Shown here: positions 29,575 to 41,697 of the stretch, one piece after another | Layout of the letters: each line of letters opens with the position of its first letter | Position numbering within the stretch: the first letter of the stretch is position 1 | From: Anaeramoeba ignava BMAN | Taxonomy: Eukaryota > Protista > Anaeramoebae | Direction: 5' to 3' | DNA: 64,000 nt | NCBI GenBank assembly: GCA_028826165.1 | Contig: JAPDFW010000054.1 | Location: 434,001 to 498,000, forward strand | The notes under the pieces: model-generated | The model's database searches: none | What the model saw: the letters and a program-made list of their open reading frames with translations, nothing else | What the model was told of the DNA's origin: nothing | Translations under genes and position numbers: made by a program

Positions 29575-30047
29575 TGAAATTGATTTATAATTGAATTTAT
29601 AATTGAATTAAAATTGATTTTGAATTGAATTTGATTTTGATTTGATTTTGAATTGATTTTGAACTGAATTTGAATTGAATTTGATTTTGAATTGAATTTG
29701 ATTTTGATTTTGAAATTGATTTTGAATTGAATTTGAATTTGAATTGAATTTGAATTGAATTTGAATTGAATTTGAATTTGAATTAATTTTGAATTGAATT
29801 TGAATTGAATTTGAATTAATTTTGAATTGAATTTGATTTTGAATTTGATTTTGAATTAAAATTGATTTTGAATTGATTTTGAATTAAATTTGAATTGATT
29901 TTGAACTGAATTTGAATTGAATTTGATTTGAATTGAATTTGATTTTGAATTTGAATTTATAATTGAATTGAATTTGATTTTGATTTGATTTGATTTGATT
30001 TAATTTGATTTTGATTTTGAATTGAATTTGAATTTGAATTTGAATTA
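29575..30047. repeat. Intergenic degenerate (TTGAAT/TTGATT)n repeat
   Basis: Low-complexity array between the two nuclease genes. Confidence 0.8.
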
Positions 30048-30062
30048 TAAAAAAGAAATCCT

Positions 30063-31866
30063 TCAATCCCAATTAACTTTAGGTTGATTATTAATCACTC
30101 TCAAAATACAAGCCCCAAGTCGATATCCAGCAATAGCAATTTGTTCTTGTGAAATTTCGAAACATCTTGAAGCGTAACTACTTGATGGTGTAGTATTTGG
30201 TTCAATATCTGTATATGCATATTTAACAGCTGCTGAATATGTTTCATTTGCCCATCTATTAAAATCAAAATCTGTTGGACTGAATCTTCCTTTGAAATAA
30301 GAAATTGGATATTTTTCATAATTTCTGTTGCATTTGCTACTAATTGAGCAATTTGATTTTGTGTAAGTGGATAATTTGTTACATATTCTCCTGCTGCTGA
30401 ATCCCAAAAATAATGAAGATTTTTTTCATAACTTGCATTTCCTTTTAATTTAAATTCATTTCCACCTCTATCTCCATCTGGAAATTGTTTTGTAAATCGA
30501 TCAATGCAATGTAAAGGTTGATGACTATTAAGAAATAAACAATAAATTTGGTTATCAGATTGAATTAAATTGAATTAAATTAAATTAAATATTGTGAATT
30601 AAATTGAATTAAATATTGTAAATTAAATATTGTAAATTGAATTAAATATTGTAAATTAAATTGAATATTGTAAATTGAATTAAATTGAATTGAATTAAAT
30701 TGATTTAAATTAAATATTGTAAATTGAATTAAATATTGTAAATTAAATTGAATATTGTAAATTGAATTAAATATTGTAAATTGAATTAAATATTGTAAAT
30801 TAAATTAAATATTGTAAATTGAATTAAATATTGTAAATTAAATTAAATATTGTAAATTGAATTAAATATTGTAAAATTGAATTAAATATTGTAAAATTGA
30901 ATTAAATATTGTAAATTGAATTAAATATTGCAAAATTGAATTAAATATTGTAAATTGAATTAAATATTGTAAATAAATATTGTAAATTGAATTGAATATT
31001 GTAAATTGAATATTGTAAATTAAATATTGTAAATTAAATATTGTAAATTAAATATTGTGAATTAAATTGAATTAAATATTGTGAATTAAATTAAATATTG
31101 TAAATTGAATTAAATATTGTAAATTAAATTAAATTAAATTAAATTGAATATTGTAAATTGAATTAAATATTGTAAATTGAATTAAATATTGTAAATTAAA
31201 TTAAATATTGTAAATTAAATATTGTAAATTGAATCAAATATTGTAAATTGAATTAAATTAAATATTGTAAATTGAATATTGTAAATTAAATATTGTAAAT
31301 TAAATATTGTAAATTGAATTAAATATTGTAAATTAAATATTGTAAATTGATGTAAATTGAATTAAAATTGAATTGAATTGAATTTGGATTAAATATAAAA
31401 TGGGTATAAGATCTTTAAAAAAAAAAGTGGAAAAATAAACTTACATATCACCAACAAAATGGAATAATTGTCTTAATTGGAAAGCCCAAGCCCAAACAGA
31501 AGTACAACTCTTATCCTTCAAAGTATCCAAAGCCTGTTGGCATTCAACAATAACATTTTCAGGAGGAAGAGTATAATTAACTTTGATATTATCAGGATTA
31601 TAAACCAAATCAGCAAAATGCCAACCAGCCATTGAATCAATTTTAATTGGGGGTTGTTTGATTTGATCAGGCCAAATAGCTGCTGCATATAAATCACCTG
31701 GAAAATCTGGTTCCCATGTTGATAAAATGTCTAAAAGTGTATTCTTTTGTGATGTTGTTAAATTTCTTGATGCTATCTCTATTATTATCATGTGACTGTT
31801 ATCCCACCATCCTAAACTTAATTTTAAAAGCAAAATTATTAAAAAAATATTATTTAAAAATTTCAT
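30063..31866 (-). CDS. Secreted S1/P1 nuclease, copy B (tandem paralogue); apparent 1-nt deletion near 30315
   Basis: Same motifs and intron position as copy A. ATG AAA AAT ATC here versus ATG AAA AAA TAT in copy A. Confidence 0.88.
30560..31380. repeat. 14/19-bp intronic satellite (AAATT[GAATT]AAATATTGT)n
   Basis: Tandem array in the copy B intron. Confidence 0.9.
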
Positions 31867-32246
31867 TTTAAAAAGAGAAAATCCCAAAAAAAAAAAAGAA
31901 ATAAAAAGAAAAATAAATTAATTAAAATAAAATTTTTTTTCACTTTTTATTTGATCAAAATTGAATAAGTCAAAAATTCGTTAAATAAAAAAAATAAATA
32001 AAAAAAATAAATAAAAAAAATTCAATTAAAAAGTCAACAAAAAGAAAAATGATCAAAAATAAAAATAAAATTAAAAAAAGAGAATTAAAGAAATGTTTTC
32101 CTTTTTTTTTGTATTGATTTGTTTGGTGAAGAAAAAAAAAACAATCAAAAAAAAAACAAAAAAAAAATTGAAAAAGTGAAATTAGTTTTGGAAATTAAGT
32201 TGAAAATTTTTTTTTGGAGAGAAAATGACAAGAATTCAACTGAGAA

Positions 32247-35200
32247 TTACTTTTCCTTTTCTCTCTTTTTATCTTTATCAATAAAATGTTGAATTAATTC
32301 TCTTAAAGGAGCTTTCTCTTTTTTATCAAGAATCCTTTTTTTAAAATTAAAATAAAAATAAAATTAAAATTAAAATTAAAAATTAAAAATTAAAAAAATC
32401 AAACCTAAATTCATTCATAAAGAAAATAAAATGTTTAAATGAAGTATTCAAGTGTGCTTCTTCACCAAGTGATGAAATTTCTTTAAAATGGTGATGATAT
32501 ATATGTCCATAAACTCGAAATAATCTTTTAAAAATTGTTTTCACAATAGACATAAAATTTTTTGGAAAGCTATAACCTTTTCATTTTAAAATTGATTTAA
32601 AATTGATTTAAAATTGATTTAAAATTAATTTAAAATTGATATAAAATTGATATAAAATTGATTTAAAATTGATTTAAAATTGATTTAAAATTGATATAAA
32701 ATTAATTTAAAATTAATATAAAATTGATATAAAATTGATTTAAAATTGATATAAAATTGATATAAAATTAATTTAAAATTAATTTAAAATTGATATAAAA
32801 TTGATATAAAATTGATATAAAATTAATATAAAATTGATATAAAATTGATATAAAATTGATATAAAATTGATATAAAATTGATATAAAATTGATATAAAAT
32901 TGATTTAAAATTAATATAAAATTGATATAAAATTGATTTAAAATTGATATAAAATTAATATAAAATTGATTTAAAATTGATATAAAATTGATTAAAAATT
33001 AATATTTAAAATTAATATAAAATTGATATAAAATTGATATAAAATTAATTTTAAATTTGATATAAAATTGATATAAAATTGATTTAAAATTGATATAAAA
33101 TTGATATAAAATTAATTTAAAATTAATTTAAAATTGATATAAAATTGATATAAAATTGATATAAAATTGATATAAAATTGATATAAAATTAATAAAAAAT
33201 TGATTTAAAATTGATTTAAAATTGATATGAAATTGATTTAAAATTGATATAAAATTGATATAAAATTGATTAAAAATTGATTTAAAATTGATTAAAAATT
33301 AATATAAAATTGATTTAAAATTGATTTAAAATTGATTTAAAATTGATATAAAATTGATTTAAAATTGATTTAAAATTGATTTAAAATTGATTTAAAATTG
33401 ATTTAAAATTGATTTAAAATTGATTTAAAATTGATTTAAAATTGATTTAAAATTGATTTAAAATTGATTTAAAATTGATATAAAATTGATTTAAAATTGA
33501 TTTAAAATTGATATAAAATTGATTTAAAATTGATTTAAAATTGATTTAAAATTGATTTAAAATTAATATAAAATTGATTTAAAATTGATTTAAAATTGAT
33601 TAAAAATTAATATAAAATTGATTTAAAATTGATTTAAAATTGATTTAAAATTGATTTAAAATTGATTTAAAATTGATTTAAAATTGATTTAAAATTGATT
33701 TAAAATTGATTTAAAATTGATTTGAAATTGATTTGAAATTGATATAAAATTGATTTGAAATTGATTTAAAATTGATATAAAATTGATATAAAATTGATAT
33801 AAAATTGATTTAAAATTGATATAAAATTGATATAAAATTGATATAAAATTGATTTAAAATTGATATAAAATTAATATAAAATTGATTTAAAATTGATTTG
33901 AAATTGATTTGAAATTGATTTGAAATGGGAATTGAAAAGGAAATATAAATAAAAAGATAAATCTAAGTACCCATTCTTGAAGGGAAAATTTCTTCATTAT
34001 CAAGCTGAGATTGAATCCAAGTCATTAATCTATTAACATATTCAGGAGCAGAAACTTGAATAGGTTTTTTAACAGTAACTCCATCAGCCCAATAATATTC
34101 ATATTGAGGTCCAGCAGACATAACTTTGCATGTTTCTTCAGTACAATATTCAGAAATACTTCCATAAAGCATTGTTACTTGATTAAAAAAGTCAACAACT
34201 AATGTTTATTTAAAAAAATATATTTAATTTTATATTTAATTTTATAAATAATTTTATATTTAGTTTTATAAATAATTTTATAAATAATTTTATAAATAAT
34301 TATATAATTAAATTTATAAATAATTTTATATTTAATTTTATAAATAATTATATAAATAATTTTATAATTAATTTTATATTTAATTTTATATTTAATTTTA
34401 TAAATAATTATATATTTAATTTAATAAGTAATTTTATAAATAATTTTATAAATAATTTTATAAATAATTTTATATTTAATTTTATAATTAATTTAATAAA
34501 TAATTTTATAAATAATTTTATAAATAATTTTATAAATAATTTTATAAATAATTTTATAAATAATTTAATAAATAATTTGGCTTGGTTTTGATTCTTGCCA
34601 AGTGGCATATTGAGCTTATTGGCTTATCGAGCCAAAAGCAAAAAAAAAATAATTGAAACTCAATTAGATCAAAAAAAATACCCCCTATTTTTGCCAATTT
34701 TGGCAATAAGATTTAGAATCTGATCAATAAAAATTAAAATCCCTAATTTGCCAATTAAGAACTTTTTTATTTACGATTTCCTTTTGTCAAAATTCGCATT
34801 TGGCAAAAAAAAGTTGAAAAAAATCAGAAAAAAAAAATTTTTTTTGGCTCAGAAAGCCAAAATTCATTTAAAGAAGAAATCCCTTTAAAACCATTTATCT
34901 CCATTCTTAGGACATGTTACTTTATTGTGTCCAGGTTTTCCACATTGAGAACAACAATATTTTTTTTCAGAGTTTTTATGTCTTTTTTTTTCGAATCCAT
35001 TTTCATGTTCAGAAACTCTTTCTTCTGATAAATCAAAATCTTCTTCAGAACTCCAATCAGAAAAAGAAGAATGTCTATATAGCTTTCTTTTGGGTTTTGG
35101 CTTCTTTATTTCTGGTCCTCCTTCATCCATCTGAATAATTTTAGTCAAATCATTATCTTCTTCATCCATAAAGTGTTCAGAGTTATGTAGAATTGGATTT

Positions 35201-37498
35201 TCAATAAATGGAATATTTTCATTATTTTGATTTGGATCAATCTCCTCTTCATATTCACTGACATAATTCTCTATTTCTTCTTGTATTATTTGATTTTCCT
35301 CTTGTTCTTCTAAAATTTGAGAAGATTGTCTCTTCTTCTTATCTTGACTGTTTTTCCTTCCTTGTTTTTTTCTTACTTGAGAACTTAATCTTAATTCATC
35401 CTTTTTTTCTTCATCCTCTTTCCTATATTTCTGAACTTTCTCCCACCATTTTGTTGTTTCTTCATTATCTGTTGGAATCTCTCTTGATGTCCAGTTCTCT
35501 CTTTGAAATTGAATTTTTTTTCTTATCAATTCTTCTTCAGATTTCAATAATTCAACCATTTGTATCAATTTGGGTTTTTCATGTCCAATTCTTCTGTTTA
35601 ATCTTTTATGATATCCTTCTAATGGCCCATTTGTTCTTTGGCTTAAATCTGGAAAACTTGAGATATTCCATATTTGAGGTGAATATTTTCTCATCCATAT
35701 TTTTGAAAATATTTAAAAAATTCTTCACAACCTTTAAAATGAACTTTTATTTTCTTCAATTTCTCTTCAATCATATTTAATGGAATATAAGTTAATTCCT
35801 CTAGTGATTCAACTAATTCCTTTTTTTGATTTTCATCTAATTCTGAACACAATTTATTCACCTTTTTCCTTATTGCATTTTTCCAGTGAAAAAAACAACC
35901 TATCAACTGTGCTTCTGGAAGAACTTTCTTGATTGCATTCTGAAGAGAAACTTCAAAGTCACAAGTGACATATTTAAATTTCCATTTGGAATTGAGGAAG
36001 TATCTAAAGATGTTTTCAAAGATAAATGTATACATATCCTGCTTAGAAGAAGTTGAAATTGCATAAACTGCTGGAACGTAAATTCTACTTGAATGATCAA
36101 AACACATAATTGTAATTAATTGAGTAAAGGGTTTGGCTGCACTTAAAAAAGTGCCATCAATAAATATCTGATTGGCCTGAAACAAAGAACTAGCTACACT
36201 ATCTGAAAACCAACAAACAGCCATTTCTTTTTTGTCTTGAATCAATACTTCAGAGGAGAATCTCCAAAATTTTTTTTCATTTTTTGTTTGTGAATAAGGA
36301 GATTCAGAAAGGATTCTTATTAATTCAAAAGGAAATCTTGCTTTTCTAATTGTTGAAATAGTCTGCAAAACATGATGAGCAGGTGGTATTTCAAAATGAT
36401 CATCTTCCCCAATTTCAGAATTGATTCTTTCAACAGCTAATTGGTAGATCTCCATAGAAGTCTTTCCTAATTCAGATGCCATTTGATTAATAAATTCCCA
36501 GAATCTTTTGGATAATGATTCATTTCCTTGAATTTGCTTTTCACATTCTTCTGAATGAGGACGATTTAAACGGTATTGATTGTTGAATCTGATCAATGTT
36601 GCACCACAATTAGGAGTCATACACCGATAATACTTCTTCCCTGTCTCTTCAACAAAACTTTTTAATCGAAAAATTCTTGAATTGAAAATAAGTTTCGAAT
36701 TCATCAAAAAAGAAAAAAAATTGAAAAAAAAAAGTCAAAAAAAAAATGAGAATGAAAAATAAAAATTTTTTTCTTTTTCTTAAATATTTTTTTTTCGCAA
36801 GATCCGTGATTGGGGAGAGATCTTTTTGTTTTTTGGTTTTTATTAAGAAAAATAAAGTTTTTCAATTTGATTTCAATTTAAAAATATGTTTATTTTATTT
36901 TATTAGCTCGATAAGCCAATAAGCTCAATATGCCACTTGGCAAGAATCAAAACCAAGCCAATAATTTTATATTTAATTTTATTTAATTTTATAAATAATT
37001 TTATAAATAATTTTATAAATAATTTTATAAATAATTTTATATTTAATTTTATAAATAATTTAATAAATAATTTAATAAATAATTTTATATTTAATTTTAT
37101 ATTTAATTTTATAAATAATTTTATATATAATTTTATATTTAATTTTATATTTAATTTTATAATTAATTTTATAATTAATTTTATAATTAATTTTATAATT
37201 AATTTTATAAATAATTTTATAAATAATTTTATATTTAATTTCATAAATAATTTTATAAATAATTTTATAAATAATTTTATAAATAAAATGTGAATGGAAT
37301 TTTTCTTCATTTAATCGATTGAATACCATGAACTGCTAACCATTCATTCAAATCCTCTCCTTCTGGTAAAGCAACTGCTAGCTTTAAATTACCACTTCCT
37401 AATGTTGCTTCAGCATATTTCTTTAGTTCATATTGTTTTGTGTTTTCAGGCACTTTTCGCATCTTCATTGTTTGATTTTTCCCAAAAAACGACTTCAT
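32247..37498 (-). CDS. MOB1: MOB kinase activator 1, 4 exons (37327-37498, 33971-34198, about 32405-32577, about 32247-32334)
   Basis: [24 protein letters not shown]|[39 protein letters not shown]. Confidence 0.95.
32585..33925. repeat. 11-bp intronic satellite (AAAATTGATWT)n
   Basis: Same unit as 1866-2670 and 46860-47945. Confidence 0.95.
34220..34578. repeat. 12-bp satellite (ATAAATAATTTT)n, left half of the array split by the transposon
   Basis: Same unit resumes at 36960. Confidence 0.9.
34579..36959 (-). mobile_element. Mutator-like (MULE) DNA transposon, 2381 bp, with perfect 54-bp TIRs and an apparent 8-bp TSD (AATAATTT)
   Basis: GGCTTGGTTTTGATTCTTGCCAAGTGGCATATTGAGCTTATTGGCTTATCGAGC at 34579-34632 and its exact reverse complement at 36906-36959. 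AATAATTT at 34571-34578 and 36960-36967. Internal transposase gene. Confidence 0.95.
34885..36704 (-). CDS. MULE transposase, about 605 aa (FLYWCH/WRKY-like zinc finger, DDE core, C-terminal CCHC knuckle), split by a 1-nt indel near 35700
   Basis: YYRC....C.A...H; IFIDGTF; CDFE; CFFH; [10 protein letters not shown]; [14 protein letters not shown]. The two ORFs join as FQKIWMRK on adding one A to an A-run. Confidence 0.92.
36960..37285. repeat. 12-bp satellite (ATAAATAATTTT)n, right half
   Basis: Continuation of 34220-34578. Confidence 0.9.
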
Positions 37499-37807
37499 TT
37501 TCTTTTTATTTTAATGTTTTTGTTTGCGTTTTGCTTGTAAATGTTTTTGTAAATTGAAAAAAAAAAGTCAAGAAATCAAATGAAAAAAGAAATCAAATGA
37601 AAAAATGAAAAAAATGAAAACTGGAAATGTTTAAAAAAAAAAATTAAAATTTAAAAAAAAAAGAAAGTAAGAAAATTAAACAAGAAGAGAAAAATTTAAT
37701 TTGTTTTTGTTTTTTTGTTTTTTGTTTTTTTGATCTGAATCTTTTCAACTTTTTTTGATCATTTCTTTTTTTTTCATTTTCATTTTTCATTTTTTTTCTT
37801 TTTAAAA

Positions 37808-39648
37808 ATGAATGATTGTTTATTTTTTGGTTATAATTATAATCCAATTCTTTTCAAAAATGAACCAGATGAAATAACAAAACCAATTCAATTTAAATTT
37901 GAAAATGAAAATGAAAATGAAAATGAAAATGAAAATGAAAATGAAAATGAAAATGAAAATGAAAAACAAATTAAACAAATTTCATCAGGTTATTTTTCAA
38001 CAATTTTCCTTTTTAAAAATGGAAAAGCAATAGAATATTCAAATCAAAATCCTTCAAAAATCCAAATCAAAAATATTCAAAAAGTAACTGTTGGTTATGA
38101 AAATGAAGCTATTTTAACAAAAGAAGGAAATGTATTTGCCAAAGGAAGAGATATTAATCCAAATAATCCATTTGAATTTATCAATATTTCACCATTAATT
38201 GAAGATAAAAATGATAGAGTAATTCAAGATATTATTTCTGGATATAATTCAATTTACTTATTAACTTCAAATCAAAATGTTTATGGAATTGGTTCAAATA
38301 AATATGGTCAACTTAGTCTTAGTTCTAAAATAGTTATTAAAAAACACAAAAATCTGAACAGAAAAATAAGAAAAACAGAAAAACCAATTTTAATGATGAA
38401 AAATGTTTCTAAAATATTTTCAGGAAATTCTTCAAATCATGTTTTTCTTTTAAATTTAAATCAAGAATTATTTATATGCGGATATAATAGATATGGTCAA
38501 GTTGGATTAGGATTTCGGAAAAAACACATCAAAAATTAACACAAATCCAAAATATTCCAAAAGGTAAAATAATTGATATTAAATGTGGAAGTTATCATTC
38601 AATAATGTTGATTGAAGATGAAAATGAAAATGAAAATCCAAAAAGAAAACTTTATTCATGTGGAGATCCAGAATATAATGGACTTGGCAAAAATGAAAAT
38701 ACTTATGAATTTACTGAAATCAAATCATCTTTATTTGAAAATGATGATTATATTCTTGATTTTTCTGTTGGATATTATCATAATTTGATTTTAACTTCAA
38801 ATTCAAAATTAATTGGATTTGGAAGTAATAATTTTGGTCAATTAGGAACTGGAGATAGAGAAAAGCGATCAATTCCAATTCAAATTCAAATTAAACTTCC
38901 TAAATTAAGATTTAATGAAAATATTTATAATTATCATGTTTCTTGTGGTGAAAGTAAATCATTTCTTTATTATTCTTCTTTTTCTTTTTCCAATCTTGAA
39001 GAAGATTTGATAAAATTATTTAGAAGAAAAGAATTTTGTAATATTTCATTTAAAACCGAAAATGGTTCAATAATCAAAGCTCATAAATTAATATTGAAAT
39101 ATAGATTAAATCTAAATCAATATCAAAATGAAATTGAAAAACTTCAAGAAATTATTTCAAATAAATCAATTAAAGAATCAAATCAAATATTTGAAATGAT
39201 TTATTCAAACAGAATAATAAATCCAAAATTATATTCTGAAATTAAAGAAATTATAAATTTAAATGAAAAAATTGAAGAAACAATGAAAAGAATTTATTTA
39301 AATGAAAATGAAAATGAAAATGAAAAATATTTTATAATTGAAAGAAAAGAAAAACAATATAAATTTCCCTAAAATTAATATTAATAATGAGAAGTGAATT
39401 ATATCGAGGAATGTTTTTATCTGTTACTGAAGATAACTTCAAATAAAGTTACAGATTATAGTGAATTAAGTAATAAATCATTTCAAATATTTGAATATTG
39501 GATTTATTCAAATCAAATTAAAAATGAAATTGAAATTACACAAGAAATGATTAATGAAATTCAAATTGGAATTGATTATTTCCAATTAAATGAAACAAAT
39601 CCAAATTTATTTGATTTATTAATTAACAAATTTAATAATCAAAATTAA
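37808..39648 (+). pseudogene. RCC1-repeat + BTB/POZ protein, copy A, frameshifted (pseudogene or assembly errors)
   Basis: Collinear with the intact copy B, with indels near 38532, 39368-39374 and 39437. Confidence 0.6.
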
Positions 39649-39742
39649 AATTAAAATTAAAATCAAAATTAAATTTAAAATTAAAATTAAAATCAAAATT
39701 AAAATTCCAAAAATTATTTTTTCATTTTTTTTCTTTTCAAAA

Positions 39743-41584
39743 ATGAATGAAATTATATTTTTTGGTTTAAATCAATATCCAAAACTTTTCAAAAATGAAC
39801 CAAATCAAATAACAAAACCAATTCAATTTAAATTTGAAAATGAAAATGAAAATGAAAATCAAAATGAAAATGAAAATCAAAATGAAAATGAAAATGAAAA
39901 GCAAATTAAACAAATTTCAACAGGTTATTCTGGAACAATTTTCCTTTTTAAAAATGGAAAAGCAATAGAATATTTAAATGAAAATGATTCAAATCAAAAT
40001 CCTAAAAAAATCCAAATCAAAAATATTCAAAAAGTAACTGTTGGTTATCAAAATGAAGCTATTTTAACAAAAGAAGGAAATGTATTTGCCAAAGGAAAAA
40101 ATATTTATCCAAAAAATCCAAATCAATTTATCAATATTTCATCATTAATTGAAGATAAAAATGATAGAATAATTGAAGATATTATTTCTGGAGATAATTC
40201 AATTTACTTATTAACTTCAAATCATAATGTTTATGGAATTGGTTCAAATAAATATGGTCAACTTAGTCTTAGTTCTAAAATAGTTATTAAAAAACACAAA
40301 AATCTGAACAGAAAAATAAGAAAAACAGAAAAACCAATTTTAATGATGAAAAATGTTTCTAAAATATTTTCAGGAAGTTCTTCAAATCATGTTTTTCTTT
40401 TAAATTCAAATCAAGAATTATTTGGATGCGGATATAATAGATATGGTCAAGTTGGATTAGGATTTCGGAAAAAACACATCAGAAAATTAACACAAATCCA
40501 AAATATTCCAAAAGGCAAAATAATTGATATTCAATGTGGAAGTTATCATTCAATAATGTTGATTGAAAATGAAAATCAAAATCAAAATCCAAAAAGAAAA
40601 GTTTATTCATGTGGATTTTCTCAATATAATGGATTTGACAAAAATAAAAATACTTATGAATTTACTGAAATCAAATCATCTTTATTTGAAAATGATGATA
40701 TTATTCTTGAAATTTCTGTTGGTTATACTCATACTTTGATTTTAACTTCTAAATCAAAATTAATAGTATTTGGAAATAATAATTTTGGTCAATTAGGAAC
40801 TGGAGATACAAAAAATCAATCAATTCCAATTCAAATTGAACTTCCTAAATTAAGATTTAATGAAAATATTTCTAATTATCATATTTCTTGTGGATATAAC
40901 AATTCATTTCTTTATTATTCTTCTCTTTCTTTTTCCAATCTTGAAGAAGATTTGATAAAATTATTTAGAAGAAAAGAATTTTGTGATATTTCATTTAAAA
41001 CCGAAAATGGTTCAATAATCAAAGCTCATAAATTAATATTGAAATATAGATTAAATCAAAATCAAAATGAAATTGAAATTGAAAAACTTCAAGAAATTAT
41101 TTCAAATAAATCAATTAAAGAATCAAATCAAATATTTGAAATGATTTATTCAAACAGAATAATAAATCTAAAATTATATTATGAAATTAAAGAAATTATA
41201 AATTCAAATGAAAAAATAGAAGAAACAATGAAAAGAATTTATTTAAATGAAAATGAAAATGAAAAAGATTTTATAATTGAAAGAAAAGAAAAACAATATA
41301 AATTTCCAAAATTAATATTAATAATGAGAAGTGAATTATATCGAGGAATGTTTTTATCTGTAACAGAAGATAATTCAAATAAAGTTACAGATTATAGTGA
41401 ATTAAGTAATAAATCATTTCAAATATTTGAATATTGGATTTATTCAAATCAAATTAAAAATGAAATTGAAATTACACAAGAAATGATTAATGAAATTCAA
41501 ATTGGAATTGATTATTTCCAATTAAATGAAACAAATCCAAATTTATTTGATTTATTAATTAACAAATTTAATAATCAAAATTAA
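39743..41584 (+). CDS. RCC1-repeat + BTB/POZ domain protein, copy B (intronless, 613 aa)
   Basis: G.N.YGQLG-type RCC1 repeats (GNNNFGQLGTG, CGSYHS, VGYTHT), then FCDISF...IKAHKLIL and a second BTB-like segment (KLILIMRSELYRGMF...EYWIYS). Confidence 0.88.
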   Translation: MNEIIFFGLNQYPKLFKNEPNQITKPIQFKFENENENENQNENENQNENENEKQIKQISTGYSGTIFLFKNGKAIEYLNENDSNQNPKKIQIKNIQKVTVGYQNEAILTKEGNVFAKGKNIYPKNPNQFINISSLIEDKNDRIIEDIISGDNSIYLLTSNHNVYGIGSNKYGQLSLSSKIVIKKHKNLNRKIRKTEKPILMMKNVSKIFSGSSSNHVFLLNSNQELFGCGYNRYGQVGLGFRKKHIRKLTQIQNIPKGKIIDIQCGSYHSIMLIENENQNQNPKRKVYSCGFSQYNGFDKNKNTYEFTEIKSSLFENDDIILEISVGYTHTLILTSKSKLIVFGNNNFGQLGTGDTKNQSIPIQIELPKLRFNENISNYHISCGYNNSFLYYSSLSFSNLEEDLIKLFRRKEFCDISFKTENGSIIKAHKLILKYRLNQNQNEIEIEKLQEIISNKSIKESNQIFEMIYSNRIINLKLYYEIKEIINSNEKIEETMKRIYLNENENEKDFIIERKEKQYKFPKLILIMRSELYRGMFLSVTEDNSNKVTDYSELSNKSFQIFEYWIYSNQIKNEIEITQEMINEIQIGIDYFQLNETNPNLFDLLINKFNNQN

Positions 41585-41697
41585 AATTAAAATTAAAATT
41601 AAAATTAAAATTAAAATTAAAATTAAAATTAAAATTAAAATTAAAAAAGAGAATAAAATTTGGAAGCTTTTTTTTATTATTATTCTTTTTATTTTTT

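Noticed and set aside
36903-37329. IKLF/NFIN repeat ORFs (also 34408-34608)
   Set aside because: Satellite plus TIR sequence within MOB1 intron 1.
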